Part shown: positions 59,995 to 64,000 of the stretch, one piece after another | How positions within the stretch are numbered: position 1 is the first letter of the stretch | Layout: each line of letters begins with the position of its first letter | Source of the DNA: Thiotrichaceae bacterium | GTDB taxonomy: Bacteria; Pseudomonadota; Gammaproteobacteria; Thiotrichales; Thiotrichaceae | Length of the DNA stretch: 64,000 bases | Direction of reading: 5' to 3' | Assembly (NCBI GenBank): GCA_027083815.1 | Contig: JALWMR010000038.1 | Coordinates: 1,898-65,897, forward strand | Position numbers and translations under genes: made by a program | Notes under the pieces: model-generated | Seen by the model: only the letters and a program-made list of their open reading frames with translations | Databases searched by the model: none | What the model was told of the DNA's origin: nothing

Positions 59995-60159
59995 AACTCT
60001 ATTTAATTAAACCTATACTGCTAATCGTGTTTAGGTGATGTGATTTTGGTCATATGCAAGGCGCTTGAGAGGCCGTAGCGGAATGTACAAACATTACATG
60101 AGCAACGGAAGTCACAAAGCAACTCCGCAGATGGAAAAAAGCGCATTACCTAGAAACGA

Positions 60160-60498
60160 TTAGTGGTTTTCGGACACCATATTGATGGTGTACTTCGGTA
60201 TTTCAATCACCAAATCCTCATCGGCCACTTTTGCCTGACAACTCAGGCGTGAATCGGGGTCTACCCCCCATGCCTTATCCAGATAATCCTCCTCCAGATC
60301 TGACGCTTCTTCAAGTGAGTCAAAACCTTCTCGCACATGCACATGACAGGTGGTGCAGGCGCAAGATTTTTCACAGGCATGTTCAATTTCGACATCATGT
60401 TCTAATGCCGCATCACAAATGGTAGTGCCTGGTTCAACGTCAAAGGCAGCACCTTCTGGACATAGTTCTTCGTGGGGTAGGATTATTATCTGGGGCAT
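60160..60498 (-). CDS. fdx: ISC-system 2Fe-2S ferredoxin
   Basis: MPQIIILPHEELCPEG..., cluster ligands CEKSCACTTCH and SRLSCQ. Confidence 0.9.
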   Translation of the reverse strand: MPQIIILPHEELCPEGAAFDVEPGTTICDAALEHDVEIEHACEKSCACTTCHVHVREGFDSLEEASDLEEDYLDKAWGVDPDSRLSCQAKVADEDLVIEIPKYTINMVSENH

Positions 60499-60516
60499 TT
60501 TAATCTCGCTTTTTCA

Positions 60517-62382
60517 TTATTCAGTTGTATCTGAAAAATCCGATACATTGTGCCCGGCCATGGCTGTTTTTACATTGTCATCCATGCGTCGGGCAACATA
60601 AAATTCTGCGGCCTTTTCCATATTTTTTATTGCCGCTTTTACTTCATCAGCATTGTCACTGCTTTCTTTAATGTGTTGCAGTTGCGCTGCGGCTTTCTGC
60701 AATGTTGCTACTTCATCGGGACTCAATATTTTATCGGCATCGGCTGCCATGGCAGAATCTAGCGCTTCCAGGGTGCGATCCGCCTCTACTTTTTGTTCAC
60801 GCAGCTTTCGCGCTTCCATATCGGCCTGTGCATTTTCCATTGATTCACGAATCATACCTTCAATTTCATTATCAGTCAGGCCATAGGATGGCTTTACCTC
60901 AACACCAGCTTTAACGCCTGTGGTTTGTTCTTCTGCCTCAACCGTTAACAGGCCATCTGCATCCACTTTAAAGGTCACTTTAATACGCGCTGCGCCCGCC
61001 ACCATTGGGGGAATGCCTTTTAAGGAAAACTTGGCGAGTGAGCGGTTTTCTTCAACCGTTTCACGTTCACCTTGCAAGAGATGAATGGTCATTGCGGTTT
61101 GATTGTCTTTAAAGGTGGTAAATTCTTGCGCTCTGGTGATGGGAATAGTGGTATTCCGAGCAATCACTTTTTCAACCAGTCCGCCATAGGTTTCCAGTCC
61201 CAGGGAGAGTGGAATAACATCCAGCAATAACATCTCTTCATCGGGTTTATTTCCTGCCAGCACATCGGCTTGCAGGGCAGCACCAATGGCAACGACTTTA
61301 TCGGGGTCAATATCGACCAAAGGAGGCTTACCAAAAAAATCACCAACCTTCTCGCGCACAACAGGCATTCGGGTAGAACCACCCACCATTACCACATCAT
61401 GCACCTGGTTTTTATTTAAACCGGCATCACGCAGAGCACGACGGCAGGCAAGCAGTGTTTTTTTCACCAGCGGCTCAACCATCTGGTTAAAGTCATTTCG
61501 GCTTATACTGCCCTGCCAATCCTCTAACTGCACGTCAACCTGTTCATTATCGGATAAAGCCTCTTTTACGCGCCGAGCTTCAGCCAGTGCATGATGGCTT
61601 TGCTGACTGCCTGATTGTTGTAATATCCATTCGGCAATTACATGGTCAAAATCATCACCACCGAGCGCCGAGTCCCCACCGGTTGCCATAACCTCAAAGA
61701 CACCTTTATTAAGCTTTAATATCGAAATATCAAAGGTTCCGCCACCCAGATCATAAACCGCTATAATGCGCTCATCCAGGTCTTCTTTTTGATCCAGACC
61801 ATAAGCGACTGCGGCGGCAGTAGGCTCATTCAACAGGCGAAATACATTCAAATTGGCCAAACGTGCTGCATCTTTGGTGGCCTGACGTTGGGCATCATCG
61901 AAATAGGCCGGCACCGTAATTACCACCCCTTTTAACTCGCCACCGAGTGCCTTTTCGGCACGCTCTTTGAGTGCTTTTAATATCTCGGCTGACACTTCAA
62001 TCGCGGTTACATTGCCTGCGACTGTTTTGATTTGTGGAACAGCCATGTCACCCTCTGCAAAGGTGTAGGGCAGGTTGCCGCCAAGTGTTTTTAAATCACT
62101 AATGCCGCGTCCCATTAGGCGCTTGACCGAGGCAATGGTGTTTTCAATATCATCCAGTTGCGCGGCTTTTGCCTGTTGGCCGACGATGACATCACCGTTT
62201 TCAAGATACCGGACTACCGAGGGTAATAGTGCCTGACCATTCTCGTCTTCAAGCACTTCAGCAGTGCCACTGCGAACGCTTGCGACCAGTGAGTTGGTTG
62301 TGCCCAGGTCAATACCCGCCGCCAGCCTATGTTCGTGCGGGGCAGTTGACATGCCGGGTTCTGATATTTGTAGTAATGCCAT
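60517..62382 (-). CDS. hscA: Fe-S protein assembly chaperone HscA
   Basis: Hsp70 motifs [17 protein letters not shown], and VGGSTRMP. Confidence 0.95.
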   Translation of the reverse strand: MALLQISEPGMSTAPHEHRLAAGIDLGTTNSLVASVRSGTAEVLEDENGQALLPSVVRYLENGDVIVGQQAKAAQLDDIENTIASVKRLMGRGISDLKTLGGNLPYTFAEGDMAVPQIKTVAGNVTAIEVSAEILKALKERAEKALGGELKGVVITVPAYFDDAQRQATKDAARLANLNVFRLLNEPTAAAVAYGLDQKEDLDERIIAVYDLGGGTFDISILKLNKGVFEVMATGGDSALGGDDFDHVIAEWILQQSGSQQSHHALAEARRVKEALSDNEQVDVQLEDWQGSISRNDFNQMVEPLVKKTLLACRRALRDAGLNKNQVHDVVMVGGSTRMPVVREKVGDFFGKPPLVDIDPDKVVAIGAALQADVLAGNKPDEEMLLLDVIPLSLGLETYGGLVEKVIARNTTIPITRAQEFTTFKDNQTAMTIHLLQGERETVEENRSLAKFSLKGIPPMVAGAARIKVTFKVDADGLLTVEAEEQTTGVKAGVEVKPSYGLTDNEIEGMIRESMENAQADMEARKLREQKVEADRTLEALDSAMAADADKILSPDEVATLQKAAAQLQHIKESSDNADEVKAAIKNMEKAAEFYVARRMDDNVKTAMAGHNVSDFSDTTE

Positions 62383-62400
62383 GGGTATATTTTACTGAGG

Positions 62401-62940
62401 TTAAAACAATTCGTCTTCGAGTTTTTCTGTTAACTGTTTTGATTCTTGACAGAGGCGTTCGTAAAACTTCATTTTCAGAACATCTTCTTTAGCTGCATCC
62501 AGATTGCCGGCTTCCAGCTTTTCAATAAAATCATCTTTGAGGGCATCCGCTTCACCACTGATTTCCTGTGCTATATCGTCTATTCTTGCCAGTGGGTCGG
62601 TCGCATTCTTAACATCTTCAAGTGCTTCTCGAATTTCCATTTGATGCATTAAAAAAGCACCATCGTGGGTGGTATCCGTTTCATCATCTAAATCAACGCC
62701 CTTGAGTTTTAGCAGGTAACGCGCTCGCAAACGACTGGAAAGTAAGGTTTCATGCGCTTCATTGATAAAGCCTGTGGTTTGCAAGGCCAGGCGCTTTTCT
62801 GCATCATCGCCATTTATAAAACGATCGGGATGATATTGGGCTTGCAACTCACGAAAGCGTTTTTCTAAAGCTGCCTTGTCAATATCAAACTTTTCGGGCA
62901 GACCAAAAATCTCAAAGTAGTTTTGGTTAAAATCAAGCAT
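62401..62940 (-). CDS. hscB: Fe-S protein assembly co-chaperone HscB
   Basis: NYFEIFGLPEKF...QAQYHPDRF J-domain. I chose the start MLDFNQ. The ORF-track extension to 62964 runs toward a repeat copy. Confidence 0.9.
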   Translation of the reverse strand: MLDFNQNYFEIFGLPEKFDIDKAALEKRFRELQAQYHPDRFINGDDAEKRLALQTTGFINEAHETLLSSRLRARYLLKLKGVDLDDETDTTHDGAFLMHQMEIREALEDVKNATDPLARIDDIAQEISGEADALKDDFIEKLEAGNLDAAKEDVLKMKFYERLCQESKQLTEKLEDELF

Positions 62941-62967
62941 TGAATCGTAAAGAGCTGAGCGCAAACA

Positions 62968-63001
62968 GGAGAAAACGCACTAAAAGTGGGGGGGTGTACT
63001 T
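62968..63001 (-). repeat. C-core repeat, short form (copy 14), between iscA and hscB
   Basis: Top strand GGAGAAAACGCACTAAAAGTGGGGGGGTGTACTT. Confidence 0.9.
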
Positions 63002-63058
63002 CATAAGATTAAATTCGCTCTACTTTTTCTCTGCTTCCATTCTACGAAGGCGGCTTTA

Positions 63059-63382
63059 TTAAACCGTAAAGCTCTCACCGCAACCACAAGCACCGGATTC
63101 ATTGGGGTTATTAAACTTAAACCCTTCACTTAGGTCTTCCTTTGCAAAATCCATCTCGGTTCCATCAAGATAGACGAGGCTCTTTGGATCGACAATGATT
63201 TTGATGCCGTGATCTTCAAAAACGGTGTCATTTTCATCTATTTCATCCGCAAACTCCATGACATAAGCCATTCCAGAGCAACCATGTGTTTTAACGCCCA
63301 GACGCAAACCGACTCCCTTGCCACGGTTCTCCAGAAATGTTTTAACCCTGTCTGCCGCCACATCCGTTAACGTAATCGCCAT
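63059..63382 (-). CDS. iscA: iron-sulfur cluster insertion/carrier protein IscA
   Basis: [13 protein letters not shown] and C-terminal CGCGESF. Confidence 0.9.
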   Translation of the reverse strand: MAITLTDVAADRVKTFLENRGKGVGLRLGVKTHGCSGMAYVMEFADEIDENDTVFEDHGIKIIVDPKSLVYLDGTEMDFAKEDLSEGFKFNNPNESGACGCGESFTV

Positions 63383-63430
63383 GTCTCTGCCCTACTCTTC
63401 TACCTATATTTTTCGTCTAATAGCAATTGC

Positions 63431-63808
63431 TTACTGCTTAGATTGATAATCAGCAATCGCTGCTTTGATTGCATCTTCAGCCAATACCGAACAATGCACT
63501 TTAACGGGAGGCAACTCCAACTCTTCTGCAATATCGGTATTTTTAATCGCCTGAACTTCATCCAGTGACTTGCCTTTAACCCACTCGGTTAGCAGACTAG
63601 AGGATGCTATCGCTGAACCACATCCATAGGTTTTAAATTTCGCATCTTCAATAATACCGTCATCGCCAACCTTGATTTGTAATTTCATAACATCACCACA
63701 CGCGGGTGCGCCTACCATGCCGGTTCCAACATCTTCTGCATCTTTATCCATTGCGCCCACATTTCGTGGATTCTCGTAATGGTCGATTACTTTTTCACTA
63801 TATGCCAT
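63431..63808 (-). CDS. iscU: Fe-S cluster assembly scaffold IscU
   Basis: YENPRNVG, GAPACGDVMKLQI, YGCGSAIASSS, LPPVKVHCSVLAEDAI. Confidence 0.95.
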   Translation of the reverse strand: MAYSEKVIDHYENPRNVGAMDKDAEDVGTGMVGAPACGDVMKLQIKVGDDGIIEDAKFKTYGCGSAIASSSLLTEWVKGKSLDEVQAIKNTDIAEELELPPVKVHCSVLAEDAIKAAIADYQSKQ

Positions 63809-63894
63809 TGTCTAACTCCTGTTTAATTCTTTGTACTCGCTATATTGAATATGCGATCTATTTAATAAATATCAATTTATTAGCGTCACATTGT

Positions 63895-64000
63895 TAATGT
63901 GCTGCCCACTCAACCTGGCTCAAATCAATACCTTCTTTATACATATCCCATAAGGGGGATAAGGCACGCAGCTTTTCAACGGCAGCGCGGGTTTCTTTAA
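63895..64000 (-). CDS. iscS: cysteine desulfurase IscS, C-terminal end only (continues beyond window)
   Basis: The reverse translation ends ...[12 protein letters not shown], a typical IscS C-terminus, in the position upstream of iscU. Confidence 0.75.

Overview
The window reads as a gammaproteobacterial-type chromosomal core segment, moderately AT-rich by eye, with about 70 protein-coding genes. Nearly all are recognisable housekeeping genes: ubiG, gloA, fur, lolA-ftsK, trxB, aat, tsaB, a DinG-family helicase, mrcB with an adjacent TPR lipoprotein, lpxC, prmB, psd, trpEG, tadA, guaBA, xseA, umuDC, sdaA, clpSA, icd, trpB, selD-selU, mnmA, and the 3-prime part of the isc operon (iscS partial, iscU, iscA, hscB, hscA, fdx, iscX).

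I saw no rRNA or tRNA gene, no CRISPR array, and no transposase, integrase or phage gene. I also saw no recognisable defence or secretion system.

The most unusual content is non-coding. A dense family of about 35-bp repeats with a C6-7 core (AAAAGTACACCCCCCACYTTTTT...TTTTCTC) occurs at 14 loci, giving 16 motif copies.
- Three copies are about 105-bp long forms, and two of these bracket guaA.
- Two loci are inverted-pair composites, and one of them carries a G16 homopolymer.
- Two copies are embedded in frame in coding sequence. One directly abuts the rhodanese catalytic Cys codon of selU, and the other lies in the linker of a sulfatase-type membrane protein.
- One copy supplies the last codons and the stop of tsaB.

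A second, 224-bp MITE-like element with 13-bp terminal inverted repeats occurs twice. It shares an internal sequence box with the long repeat form and with a third, 146-bp TIR element, which suggests a mosaic repeat system with no autonomous partner in this window.

Other notable items:
- a candidate Trp-codon leader peptide plus terminator upstream of trpE
- a tandem pair of paralogous lipoproteins with a conserved Cys/His/Asp pattern
- a translationally coupled KpsS-like / SDR / sulfatase-type module
- a frameshifted alpha/beta hydrolase
- a decayed TRAP dctM relic next to a cluster of perfect palindromes and an AT-rich orphan gene
- an M23 peptidase / membrane protein / two-component operon

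All calls come from reading the supplied translations and the DNA by eye. No database search was run.
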